This document shows positions 27,943 through 36,888 of a stretch of 44,335 nucleotides of DNA, in pieces. A model generated the notes under the pieces. That model was not told the DNA's origin, did no database searches, and saw only the letters and a list, made by a program, of their open reading frames with translations. Position numbers and translations under genes: made by a program. Source of the DNA: Sulfurospirillum sp. (lineage in GTDB: Bacteria; Campylobacterota; Campylobacteria; Campylobacterales; Sulfurospirillaceae); the NCBI GenBank assembly GCA_036171535.1, contig JAVHRG010000177.1, positions 1 to 44,335 of the forward strand, written 5' to 3'. Positions within the stretch are counted from its first letter, which is position 1. Every line of letters begins with the position of its first letter.

Positions 27943-27968
27943 GTCCTTAAACACACAAGGAATAGATA

Positions 27969-28904
27969 ATGGAAAATACAGTAAATATGAGCATGGAAGA
28001 TTATATGGACTCATTAGCAAACGATATCGAGCAAATCAAAGCACATCCCCAAAACGGATGTTGTGATGGCGTGGAAGCTGAAGTTCTTGAAAATGTTTTA
28101 GGCATTATGAACAAGCACTTTGGTGACTATGATACATTTTGTTCAGAGAATAAAGCTATGGCTGAGTTTTTAACCTTGCTTGGCTATCCCCAAGAGCAGA
28201 TTAGTGACATTGCTAACGGAGGAAATCCTAAAACGGAAATTCAACTTCTAAAAGAAGAGGTTTCCGAAATGGAAAAACAACCAATGGTAAATGCAGATGC
28301 TATTGCAAGATTTAAAAGAAAAATTGAGTCTTTGCAAAATGTAACTATCCCAAAGAATGTCATAGCAGAAATAGAGATGAGAAGCAGACAAAATGCTTTG
28401 ATGGATATTTATGCAAACCTTCCAGATAGAGAGACTGAAGCGTTGTGGGAAGCCATCATGCGAGGTGATGGTTTTGATCATGAAGATATTGTCCTATGTG
28501 AAAAATACGAGAACGAACCTCATGAAGAGATATGTGAGGCACTAGAAGTTCTCTTTTGTGGATACAAAAGACATTCTCTTGACGCAATTAGTTTGTTTAA
28601 ACAAGCCATCAAGCCAATTCAAACTGAAAATAGAATATCCCTTTATCGAACAAGCGTACAAGAACTCTCCAAAGATGTGATTGCGATGCTTGATGGAGAA
28701 GCGGACTACATTTATACTGGTTTAGGTCAAGGTTCAATGATTTTTGATCTAGACACGCTTAAAAATACGCTCTCTTCTTGCGAAGAAGATAGTGGAATTG
28801 AGAGAGGCGAGTATAGAAGCAATTTTATATATTGTGAATTTAATTCCCTTATTGAAAAAGTGGCAATGAATGGTTGCAGCGGATTGATTTTAAGAGCGTT
28901 GTAG
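27969..28904 (+). CDS. Hypothetical acidic protein (311 aa)
   Basis: Long ORF, AAGGA RBS; no recognised motif. Confidence 0.75.
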   Translation: MENTVNMSMEDYMDSLANDIEQIKAHPQNGCCDGVEAEVLENVLGIMNKHFGDYDTFCSENKAMAEFLTLLGYPQEQISDIANGGNPKTEIQLLKEEVSEMEKQPMVNADAIARFKRKIESLQNVTIPKNVIAEIEMRSRQNALMDIYANLPDRETEALWEAIMRGDGFDHEDIVLCEKYENEPHEEICEALEVLFCGYKRHSLDAISLFKQAIKPIQTENRISLYRTSVQELSKDVIAMLDGEADYIYTGLGQGSMIFDLDTLKNTLSSCEEDSGIERGEYRSNFIYCEFNSLIEKVAMNGCSGLILRAL

Positions 28905-29153
28905 GAGTTTGCGTACACTAATACGCAAAAGGTTTCAACTAAAACTTAGATTCTAGCCAGAAAAGCTTGGCGCACATCCCCATTTTAAGCATTATAAACG
29001 ACTTAAAAATCCTTTAATATATTGGTGTTACAGTGTAGCACTTACGCAATTTAGAGAGATTTAATAACCCAAAAGTTCCCCCGTATGGTGGCTGAAATAT
29101 AAAGATTTCGCCCCCTAAAAGGAGCGATTTCTCAATCGTTCCAAGGAGAGAAC

Positions 29154-29228
29154 ATGAAAATTATACCTATCACATACAGTGACTTACACCAAAAACTTCC
29201 CAAAATTCTCTTGAAGGCTGAGGCATGA
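29154..29228 (+). CDS. 24-aa leader peptide coupled to the methyltransferase
   Basis: AAGGAG RBS, MKIIPITYSDLHQKLPKILLKAEA; ATGA overlap with the MTase start. Confidence 0.5.
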   Translation: MKIIPITYSDLHQKLPKILLKAEA

Positions 29229-30097
29229 AAAGTGTACTAAGCTTTCCACAAAGAGGGCATTGGGGTAAAAGCAATTGGCGTGGAAATACATCTGGATATA
29301 TCATTAAAGAAATGATAGAACACTTCAAGCCTAGTCTTTTTGTTGATGCGTGCGAGGGCAGTGGGACATCGGGTGATGTCTGTATGGAAATGGGAATAGC
29401 GTATGTAGGTCTTGATCTTTATAAGGGCAATGACTTTACCAAAGATTCCATCATCCAACACTTGTCTCGCCCAGCTGATATCTGCTTCACCCATCCTCCT
29501 TATCATAATATGGTGGTTTACTCCGGCGAAGTCTATGGCACAGAGGCTATTTTGGGTGATACATCACGGTGTGCAACACCTGAAGAGTTTATTGCGCGAA
29601 GTCAGACCATGCTACTCAATCAACGTGAAGCTACCAAAGAGGGTGGTATTTACGCCACGCTTATTGGAGACCATCGAAAAAATGGTGAATTTAGAAGTTA
29701 CCAAAGTGACTTTATCCAGATGATGCCAAAAAGTGAGCTCTTGTCTGTAGCGATCAAGTTGCAACACAATTGCTTGTCTGATGCTCGCCAGTACAATGGA
29801 AACTTTATCCCAATTGTACATGAGTATTTGTTGCTCTGGAAAAAGACTTCTCGCTCATTGTTTGCTGTATCTATGGATATTGCAAGTGAACTTCAAAAAC
29901 GAGTAGCAACCACCTGGCGAAATGTTATTCGTATGGTTTTAATGAAGCTTAAAGAAGCAACATTAAGCGATATTTATGAAGAGGTAGAGCGCGTGGCTGG
30001 CGACATGATCGCAAAAAATTCCCATTGGCAAGCTAAGGTGCGTCAGCAGTTGCAACGCCACTTTAGCAATGTTCAACGGGGCGTTTGGGCATTATAA
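29225..30097 (+). CDS. Orphan amino (N4C/N6A) DNA methyltransferase with C-terminal winged-helix-like domain
   Basis: SAM motif VDACEGSGT, catalytic HPPY, HEYLLLWKK; C-terminal LSDIYEEV...WQAKVRQQLQ...RGVW. Confidence 0.82.
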   Translation: MKSVLSFPQRGHWGKSNWRGNTSGYIIKEMIEHFKPSLFVDACEGSGTSGDVCMEMGIAYVGLDLYKGNDFTKDSIIQHLSRPADICFTHPPYHNMVVYSGEVYGTEAILGDTSRCATPEEFIARSQTMLLNQREATKEGGIYATLIGDHRKNGEFRSYQSDFIQMMPKSELLSVAIKLQHNCLSDARQYNGNFIPIVHEYLLLWKKTSRSLFAVSMDIASELQKRVATTWRNVIRMVLMKLKEATLSDIYEEVERVAGDMIAKNSHWQAKVRQQLQRHFSNVQRGVWAL

Positions 30098-30374
30098 GTC
30101 TAGGGCATGTTTGAGAGTACTATTGTAGATTTTTGCTTTCCATAACGATGTCGCACCATAAGATGGTGCATGAGGCACAGCTAAAATCACAATAGTATTC
30201 AATGCTCTTCGTAAACACCACTTCTTGAGAGTAAGCATTTGGGATAGGCACGAAACCATCGATAAATGATTTTGGTATAAATTTTTAGGGGGCTTATCCA
30301 AAAGATGGGTTGTAATGTCTTGACAGCATTGAGGTGTTGTGAGGGCATTACAACCCATTTAAAGGACACATACT

Positions 30375-30548
30375 ATGCACACAGAGACATTGTTTAACGC
30401 CACATTGGTGACAGACAAAGGATTGATTATCGAAGATGTTTTAGCGCTTAAAGTAGAAGAGGTTATTCCTTTTTTAAAAGAGCGCTATGATATTAAAGAG
30501 GTGATCCATTTTGTGATATCCATTGGCGAAAACATTGATAGTTACTAA
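30375..30548 (+). CDS. 57-aa hypothetical protein
   Basis: Manual translation MHTETLFNATLVTDKGLIIEDV...; AAGGA RBS after a long hairpin. Confidence 0.6.
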   Translation: MHTETLFNATLVTDKGLIIEDVLALKVEEVIPFLKERYDIKEVIHFVISIGENIDSY

Positions 30549-30575
30549 AACGCTTGACGAAGTTCAAGCATGTTT

Positions 30576-30598
30576 ACCTCAAGCGATTGAGGTTTTTT
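30576..30598 (+). terminator. Intrinsic terminator closing the + strand array
   Basis: ACCTCAA-GCGA-TTGAGGT followed by a T tract; convergent gene beyond it. Confidence 0.65.
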
Positions 30599-30638
30599 AA
30601 TTCCCTTTGCCAAGGGCATTAAAAAACTTTGAATCTTA

Positions 30639-31262
30639 CTACTTGTGAGAAATTCCAAGAATGACTTTGCCTAGAATTTCAATGTCATTTTGGTTTGCAC
30701 AGTAAGATTTATATGATGCGTTATCGTAACTGATTTCAAGCATTCGATCTGCTCTAATGGCAACGCGATTTAGTGCAAATTTTTCGCCAATCAAAAAGAG
30801 ATAAACACCAGCAGTGTCTATGGTTGTACTTGCACTGATAATGACATAATCGCCTTCATTAAATGAGGGACTCATGCTATCATCAAGAATCCGCATCGCA
30901 CTTAGTTCTTGAGCGGTTCCTTTAAAGTCTGGTAAAAATAGTTTATCAAGAGAAATATGACTTTTTCCCTCGGTGACAACAAGCAGTTTTATTTTAAACT
31001 CACTCTCTGTATAGAGTGTTTCAATCTTATTTTCCTCTGCCAACATCATGCACCCCTGCCCACTCATCAGCCACCAAGGATTTACTTTGAGAATGGTTTT
31101 AAACAGCAAGGCCTCATTAATAAGAAGATTTTTACTTCTCCCATTTTCTAAATTTTGCAGACGAAGAGCATCTATCCCAAGGGCTACGCTCATGTCGTTT
31201 CGACTTTTAAATTTAAAATGTTTACGAACATATTGAATGCGTTCTCTTAAGGTCTGCGACAC
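30639..31262 (-). CDS. XRE HTH + S24-family repressor (probable GTG start)
   Basis: LRERIQYVRK...LENGR, VNPWWLMSGQG, DDSMSP, DNASY, ILGKV; GGAGG before GTG 31262. Confidence 0.85.
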   Translation of the reverse strand: MSQTLRERIQYVRKHFKFKSRNDMSVALGIDALRLQNLENGRSKNLLINEALLFKTILKVNPWWLMSGQGCMMLAEENKIETLYTESEFKIKLLVVTEGKSHISLDKLFLPDFKGTAQELSAMRILDDSMSPSFNEGDYVIISASTTIDTAGVYLFLIGEKFALNRVAIRADRMLEISYDNASYKSYCANQNDIEILGKVILGISHK

Positions 31263-31506
31263 AGCTTTTCCTCCCTTTTTTGATAAATTATATCTAATTT
31301 TATAGATAAGACGAAGAAAAAATACAAAAAAATACAAAAATAAAAATATTTGGCAGGTTTATACATTAAAAAAGGCGTTTTTTTGATGTATAAAATGTAT
31401 TATATACATATTAAATCATTTTAACCTTGATAATATGTAATTAATACACTATAATAACAACCAGAAATGACTAAATAAGCCAATTAAGTAGCATAAAGGA
31501 TGTAGC

Positions 31507-31650
31507 ATGAGCAACATAATTGCCATGATTAGAGGGTATAAAAAGTTTTTTATGGGGATTAGTGATAAAGACTTCAAGCAAATGACACGAGAAGAAATTA
31601 TCGAAATGCTTGAAAAAATACACCATTCATTAATGCAAATAAAAGCATAA
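31507..31650 (+). CDS. 47-aa hypothetical protein, divergent from the repressor
   Basis: AAGGA RBS, MSNIIAMIRGYKKFF...; 4 nt before the next gene. Confidence 0.55.
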   Translation: MSNIIAMIRGYKKFFMGISDKDFKQMTREEIIEMLEKIHHSLMQIKA

Positions 31651-31654
31651 TATT

Positions 31655-32224
31655 ATGCGTTCTCACCCAAAAAATGATCTTCAAAATTTAAGAATGCAAG
31701 CGTCAAATATCTATTTTGAATTAATCGCAAGGCTTGGTGATGAAAAGACTATAGCACAACGCATAGCGCCCTTATTTAAATCAAAAATAGGTGTTGTTAA
31801 GCGATTTTTGAACCGCTTTTCTTTTCGTAATAAAAAATCCACGGAAAAATTTATTAGAATTGGTAATCGTGTGCTAAAGGAGCTTAATGAACATGAAATT
31901 AATGCGAGGGCTTTACTGGTGTGTGATAGTAAACAAAGCGCAGTTGAAATCAAAGAAAAAGTGAAACACTTCTTAGGGTTAGGTATTTGGATAGTTGCAC
32001 CACAATTGTTGGTTGATTTTCAAGACGCCCAATTTTGGAATTTTGTTCAACAAGACGCAAAATATGTAGATTTTATGATCGCAGCATCTTGTTTGACTGA
32101 AATAAAAAACAATGAAATTTGTAAAATTGCAGCAATGTATGATATCGAAGTCATGGATGAGAATAATGATAATGAAATAAAAGTACACGCCCTTCAAATT
32201 TCAATTACGCGGTCTACTAAGTAA
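31655..32224 (+). CDS. Hypothetical protein
   Basis: 189-aa ORF; no recognised motif. Confidence 0.65.
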   Translation: MRSHPKNDLQNLRMQASNIYFELIARLGDEKTIAQRIAPLFKSKIGVVKRFLNRFSFRNKKSTEKFIRIGNRVLKELNEHEINARALLVCDSKQSAVEIKEKVKHFLGLGIWIVAPQLLVDFQDAQFWNFVQQDAKYVDFMIAASCLTEIKNNEICKIAAMYDIEVMDENNDNEIKVHALQISITRSTK

Positions 32225-32303
32225 TATTGTGCTAAAGACTTCTAAGAATGAGATAAGTGATAATCGTCACTAAAATATGAAAGAGTGTTTAATTTCTCGT
32301 AAA

Positions 32304-32328
32304 ATAGCCCTTGAAAGACAAGGGCTAT
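32304..32328. terminator. Probable bidirectional terminator
   Basis: ATAGCCCTTG-AAAGA-CAAGGGCTAT between convergent genes. Confidence 0.7.
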
Positions 32329-32417
32329 AAGGATGTTATGGCAAAAATTTTCTTTGCTTGTTAGCAAATGGGAAATCTGTTTTGCTCATAAAATTTGTGA
32401 TATTCTTTTTTAGTGTT

Positions 32418-32687
32418 TTACAACTTCTCTTTCAATTTGGACCCAACTTTAAAAGAAACAGTTTTAGACTCAGGAATGTTCATCTCTTTGCCTGTACTTG
32501 GATTTCTACCAATTCTAGCTTTACGAGTAGATACTTTAAATGTTCCAAATCCAATAAATGCAACATCTTCACCTTTACTAAATGCATCACTTAATTGAGC
32601 TATAACTGCATTGATTGCAATCTCTGCATCTTTTTTTGTTAAATCTGCTTTGCTCGCTACACCTGTTATAAATTCTGCTTTATTCAT
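32418..32687 (-). CDS. hup: HU-family DNA-binding protein
   Basis: MNKAEFI, IGFGTF, ARIGRNPSTG, FKVGSKLK. Confidence 0.95.
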   Translation of the reverse strand: MNKAEFITGVASKADLTKKDAEIAINAVIAQLSDAFSKGEDVAFIGFGTFKVSTRKARIGRNPSTGKEMNIPESKTVSFKVGSKLKEKL

Positions 32688-32826
32688 GATCTTTTCCTCC
32701 TATGGTTATTTTTGATTTAAGTCGCAAAATTCTAGCATAAATTTTTATTTGAAATACTCTATTGTTTACAAGAATGAGGGTGGGAGATAGATAAAAAAAC
32801 TTTTAAATCTTTTGAAAACTTTTTTA

Positions 32827-32861
32827 ATGGACATAATGTTGTCTGTTACCCTTTGTATACT
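32827..32861 (+). promoter_or_regulatory. Candidate WYL operator 1 plus -10
   Basis: ATGGAC-N8-GTCTGT, 9 nt, TATACT. Confidence 0.6.
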
Positions 32862-32896
32862 TCCTTATCATTTTAAAAAGAGTGGGGTAATTAACA

Positions 32897-33241
32897 ATGG
32901 CTGAATCTAAATTAGTATGTACTTTATGTGGTTTGGAAGTAGAAAATAAAATACTAGTAGAAGATTTCCTCAAATGCTCCATTAACCATTGGCATGTGTG
33001 TTTTAATTGCAGACATTTACAAGTTCCTCCTTTATCTAAGAAGATTTGGAAAAAATTAAGAAAGAGGGTAGGGTTATATTTATATACGCTGCTAAAATGT
33101 AAACTCAAACGCCTAAAAAAACCTGCACAAACGCCACTCTTTGGAAAATCCACCTGTGCCCAATGCCAAAGTAATGATTTATTAATCTGGGATGGAAAGT
33201 GTACAAGATGTGGATCCAAATTTATTCATAAAGAAGCATAG
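32897..33241 (+). CDS. Cys-rich zinc-finger protein
   Basis: Four CxxC pairs (CTLC, CFNC, CAQC, CTRC). Confidence 0.6.
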   Translation: MAESKLVCTLCGLEVENKILVEDFLKCSINHWHVCFNCRHLQVPPLSKKIWKKLRKRVGLYLYTLLKCKLKRLKKPAQTPLFGKSTCAQCQSNDLLIWDGKCTRCGSKFIHKEA

Positions 33242-33383
33242 AGTGTTTTTATAACGATATGTAAAAAAGTTGTTGCGCATTATATTTGAGAGATAATTAT
33301 TTTACATAAAATTTTAATGCTAACTCTACATAACACAGTGTGTATGTTTTCAATAGACTTTAATATAAACTGCCTTATGATTC

Positions 33384-33403
33384 ATGGACATAAAAGCGTC
33401 CAT
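33384..33403. promoter_or_regulatory. Candidate WYL operator 2 (autoregulatory)
   Basis: ATGGAC-ATAAAAGC-GTCCAT just downstream of TAGACT-16-TATGAT and before the RBS. Confidence 0.7.
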
Positions 33404-33422
33404 CATAGAGGAGCGAACAACA

Positions 33423-34343
33423 ATGCAACAACATGACTACGATAAAATTCTCTATCGTTTAATTAATATCATCAGTAGACTCAGTGATGGTGAGATACTC
33501 TATAAAGATGCATTGGCTTTAGAGTTTAATGTTTCTACTAAAACAATCCAGCGAGATTTTAATGAACGATTAGTACTTCGTTTCCCCATTCATAAAATAG
33601 GCAATGGCTGGAAGATGATGGATGGATATCATTTAGAAAAGAGTAGGGCGGTTGAAGATATTTTGGTGGTGGATATATTAAAGACAATATCTGAGGGTTT
33701 TGGGAAGTCATTTGCGAAGCGGAGTTCATCTCTTTTAAATAAACTCACCGATTCCACACCTTCTGCTTTTTATACCAGATTGGCTTTTGAAGATATGACG
33801 CTTTTTAGTCAATACTTTGATATTTTAGAACATGCCATAAAAGAATCTAAACTGGTTCAGTTTGTCCATAATAATAAATATAGACTCGTTAAACCTTATC
33901 GCATTGTTACCTTTGATGGATATTGGTATCTTCTAGGAGAAGAGGTGATTGATGGAAGAGTTAAGACCTTTCATATAGCACGCATCAGTGATGTTAAACT
34001 TTGTGATGAGTGTTTTGAAAAAGACAATACCCTACAAAGAAAACTAGATAAAGCTATCAATGCATGGTTTATCCCTGATAATGAACCCTTTGAGGTGACA
34101 TTGCATATTGAAGCAGATATTAAACGCTATATTTTAGATCATCCTCTTGCATCAACCCAAGTCATACAAGAAGAAAAATCAGATGGATCACTCATCATTA
34201 GCTTAGAAATCACCCATGATAAAGAAATCATCTCTACGATCCAAAAGTGGATTCCAAGCATTACTGTACTTTCTCCCAAATCTTTACAAGAAACCATCAC
34301 TAAGCAAGTTAAGTCGTTTTTAGAAAAGCAAGTGCTGCTATAA
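33423..34343 (+). CDS. WYL-domain transcriptional regulator (wHTH-WYL-WCX)
   Basis: LALEFNVSTKTIQRD HTH, PYRI...WYL, TFHIARI, WCX VLSPKSL; GAGGAG RBS supports ATG 33423. Confidence 0.93.
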   Translation: MQQHDYDKILYRLINIISRLSDGEILYKDALALEFNVSTKTIQRDFNERLVLRFPIHKIGNGWKMMDGYHLEKSRAVEDILVVDILKTISEGFGKSFAKRSSSLLNKLTDSTPSAFYTRLAFEDMTLFSQYFDILEHAIKESKLVQFVHNNKYRLVKPYRIVTFDGYWYLLGEEVIDGRVKTFHIARISDVKLCDECFEKDNTLQRKLDKAINAWFIPDNEPFEVTLHIEADIKRYILDHPLASTQVIQEEKSDGSLIISLEITHDKEIISTIQKWIPSITVLSPKSLQETITKQVKSFLEKQVLL

Positions 34344-34574
34344 AAAAGAGTCATTGTTTATTTTTTGCTCTGTAGTACGTTTTAACGCATTATTTTTAAA
34401 AGTGGGGCAAATCATCATTTTGGGTAAAAGAATGCATCCTAGTGAATTGTAGAGGCATAGAAGGGTATATTTACTAGGGCAGGGTGGTATGAAAATTAAA
34501 AAACAGTAAAAAAGCTCCTTTATTAGCAAAATCTTTCATCAAACAATACATTTCGTTCCATCCTTAAATTATAT

Positions 34575-34609
34575 ATGGACACTATATTGTCCATTGTCTA
34601 TGTCATGAT
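34575..34609 (+). promoter_or_regulatory. Candidate WYL operator 3 plus -10
   Basis: ATGGAC-ACTATATT-GTCCAT, 9 nt, CATGAT. Confidence 0.7.
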
Positions 34610-34639
34610 GTCATCATCCAATTATCTAAGGAGGACTTG

Positions 34640-34729
34640 ATGAAAAAGCTAGAACAATTTGTGGCAGGAATGGACAAGTTTTATATGGTGTTACCATGCA
34701 TTATGGTTTTATGGATGATGGCTCGTTGA
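34640..34729 (+). CDS. 29-aa hydrophobic peptide
   Basis: AAGGAGG RBS, MKKLEQFVAGMDKFYMVLPCIMVLWMMAR. Confidence 0.6.
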   Translation: MKKLEQFVAGMDKFYMVLPCIMVLWMMAR

Positions 34730-34893
34730 TGTATTGGGTACTTTCAAGGTTTTATCTTTTGAAAGTAGTGGTATAAGGGAAGAGGGTGGTTAGATTGGCA
34801 CATCATTTGCTTTAGATCAAAGAGGCATTTGAGTCAATCTAATAATGGTATTGGTTAAAGTGTTATGTAAATACAATAAAGGAGAATATTACT

Positions 34894-35058
34894 ATGGAAG
34901 CACTCATCTTTTTTTTCATCACGCCTATCATGGTATTTTTTCTTCTAAAGATCAATAGTCCTAAAAAGAAGAGTTTACGGGAGATTGATTTTAACTATCG
35001 ACCCTTTATGACACACGATAGCACTTCAAAATTCTCAAAAACTTTTCGAAAAATCTAG
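34894..35058 (+). CDS. 54-aa single-pass membrane microprotein (paralog of 5250-5405)
   Basis: AAGGAG RBS; MEALIFFFITPIMVFFLLKINSPKKKSLREIDFNYRPF...; stop overlaps the next GTG. Confidence 0.75.
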   Translation: MEALIFFFITPIMVFFLLKINSPKKKSLREIDFNYRPFMTHDSTSKFSKTFRKI

Positions 35059-35750
35059 TGATTTATGAAATTAGTTTAGAAGATGTTCTAGATGAAGAGA
35101 TACTTCTTCATGAAATCTATGCTGATTTAGATCATGATTATTATTGGAGTGATGACTTTTCACCTCAATCTTATATCACCCTTGCCAAATTAGGATTTAT
35201 TAGTATTGCAATAAAGTACGAAGGGAAGAAATTACTACTTCCTCAGGTCCAAACACACTACGCTCTTTTAGAACATAAAGACCTACATATCTCTCATCAT
35301 GTTAAAAAGCTTCTGCAATCCCCGGATAAGTATTCACTCACCATTAATCAACGTTTTAGTGAAGTGATAGAAGGCATTAAACAAAGCTATGAGGATTGTT
35401 GGTTTCATGATCAGTATGAAAGGCTTTTAGTGAGTCTGCATGAGGGAGTATTTGAAGATTTTCAGATGATGAGTACTGAACTGATTGACACCCACACGAA
35501 TACCCTCGTTTGTGGAGAACTTGGTTATATTACCAACAATATCTATACAGGACTAACCAAGTTTAGTCTCAAAGATAAAGAACATACGAACTGGGGAACA
35601 CTGCAAAGGGTTTTATTAACCCAACATCTTCAAAAACAAGGTGTTTTATTCTCCAATCTAGGGCAGCCAAAAATGCAATATAAATTAGATCTAGGAGCCA
35701 TTGTTTATCCTCGAAAAGAGTTTTTACAAAAGTGCGGGATTATAGGGTAG
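35058..35750 (+). CDS. Leucyl/phenylalanyl-tRNA-protein transferase-like GNAT protein
   Basis: LHISHHVKKLL, INQRFSEVI, STEL...LVCGELGY, YTGLT, NLGQPKMQYKLDLGA resemble divergent Aat-family proteins. Confidence 0.65.
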   Translation: MIYEISLEDVLDEEILLHEIYADLDHDYYWSDDFSPQSYITLAKLGFISIAIKYEGKKLLLPQVQTHYALLEHKDLHISHHVKKLLQSPDKYSLTINQRFSEVIEGIKQSYEDCWFHDQYERLLVSLHEGVFEDFQMMSTELIDTHTNTLVCGELGYITNNIYTGLTKFSLKDKEHTNWGTLQRVLLTQHLQKQGVLFSNLGQPKMQYKLDLGAIVYPRKEFLQKCGIIG

Positions 35751-35855
35751 GGTGGTAAAAATGTAAATATTTAGTCAGAAGTATTGAGGTATAGTATAGA
35801 TTTTAAATCTAGAAAAAGATATACTTTTTTCTAAGTAATGTTTTAAGGATTAGTA

Positions 35856-36479
35856 ATGGATAGTATCTATGAAAAGGCATTTTTCTTCATAGTTGGACAT
35901 GGTAGGGGGTGAGTTTTTTCATCTATTGATTTATTGACAAAATTTAAGCGCTCACAAGCTGATAATATCCTCTCAACGCTAGTGAAAGAGAATCAAATAA
36001 GAAGAATTTCTAGAGGCTTATACGACTATCCAAAATACAGTGACTTACTCCAAAAAGAGCTCTCTCCAGATATTGAACAAATTGCAAATGCAATAGCGCG
36101 TAAATTTAATTGGCGAATTATGATTTCAGGTGAAAGTGCATTGAATATTTTAGGTGTTTCAACACAAGTGCCCGGAAAGTATAGTTTTCTTAGTGATGGT
36201 CCAAATCGCGCTTATCGTATTATGGAAAATATTGAGATAACATTTAAAAAAGCTGCACTTAAAAATAGTGGATTTAAATATCGCCAAAGTGCATTAATTG
36301 TACAAGCCTTAAAAGCATTAGGCAAGGAACGCGTTTCTCTTGAAGTCATAGAGACTATTCGAAAACATATTGATCCTAAAATGTACACAAAAATTTTAAA
36401 AGATTCTCAAACCAGTACAGCTTGGATTTACGAGTATATAAAAGAGATTTGTAAAGAAGAGGGCAGCAAGAGTGAATAA
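35856..36479 (+). pseudogene. DUF6088/AbiEi-like antitoxin with in-frame stop
   Basis: MDSIYEK...GHGRG*VFS, with TGA at 35910-35912 in frame with IRRISRGLY and ALNILGVSTQVP. Confidence 0.7.
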
Positions 36480-36888
36480 TTTTGTGAACATGTCTTGGAC
36501 TCAAAAAAATGAGATTTTTACAGAAACTGCACATATGATGAGCACAACAGTTTCCATTATTGAAAAAGATTTTTGGGTAGTTTGGGTGTTAAGTAGAATC
36601 TTTAGTGATGCTAGATTAAATTCTATACTAATATTTAAGGGAGGAACAAGTCTTTCAAAAGTATTTCATCTTATTGGAAGATTTTCAGAAGATATAGATT
36701 TGATACTTGATTGGCGCTTGGTTATTCAAGAAGATCCCTACAAGGAGCGCAGTTCAAATCAACAAAATAGATTTAATACGCAAACGAATGACAATGCTAA
36801 AGATTATATTCAAAATACTTTATTAGGAATTTTAGAGGAACTTTTATCTCCATATTGCCTCTGTAGCATAGAGCATGAAAAATATTAA
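36472..36888 (+). pseudogene. AbiEii-family nucleotidyltransferase toxin, C-terminally truncated
   Basis: IEKDFWV, FKGGTSLSK, RFSEDIDL; only 138 aa and runs into a convergent gene. Confidence 0.8.

Noticed and set aside
33384-33422. ORF-track start of the WYL gene
   Set aside because: That ATG is part of the operator palindrome; the RBS supports ATG 33423.
35910-35912. TGA as recoding (Trp or selenocysteine)
   Set aside because: TGA is used as a normal stop by many other genes here, and the partner toxin is also broken, so a nonsense mutation is simpler.
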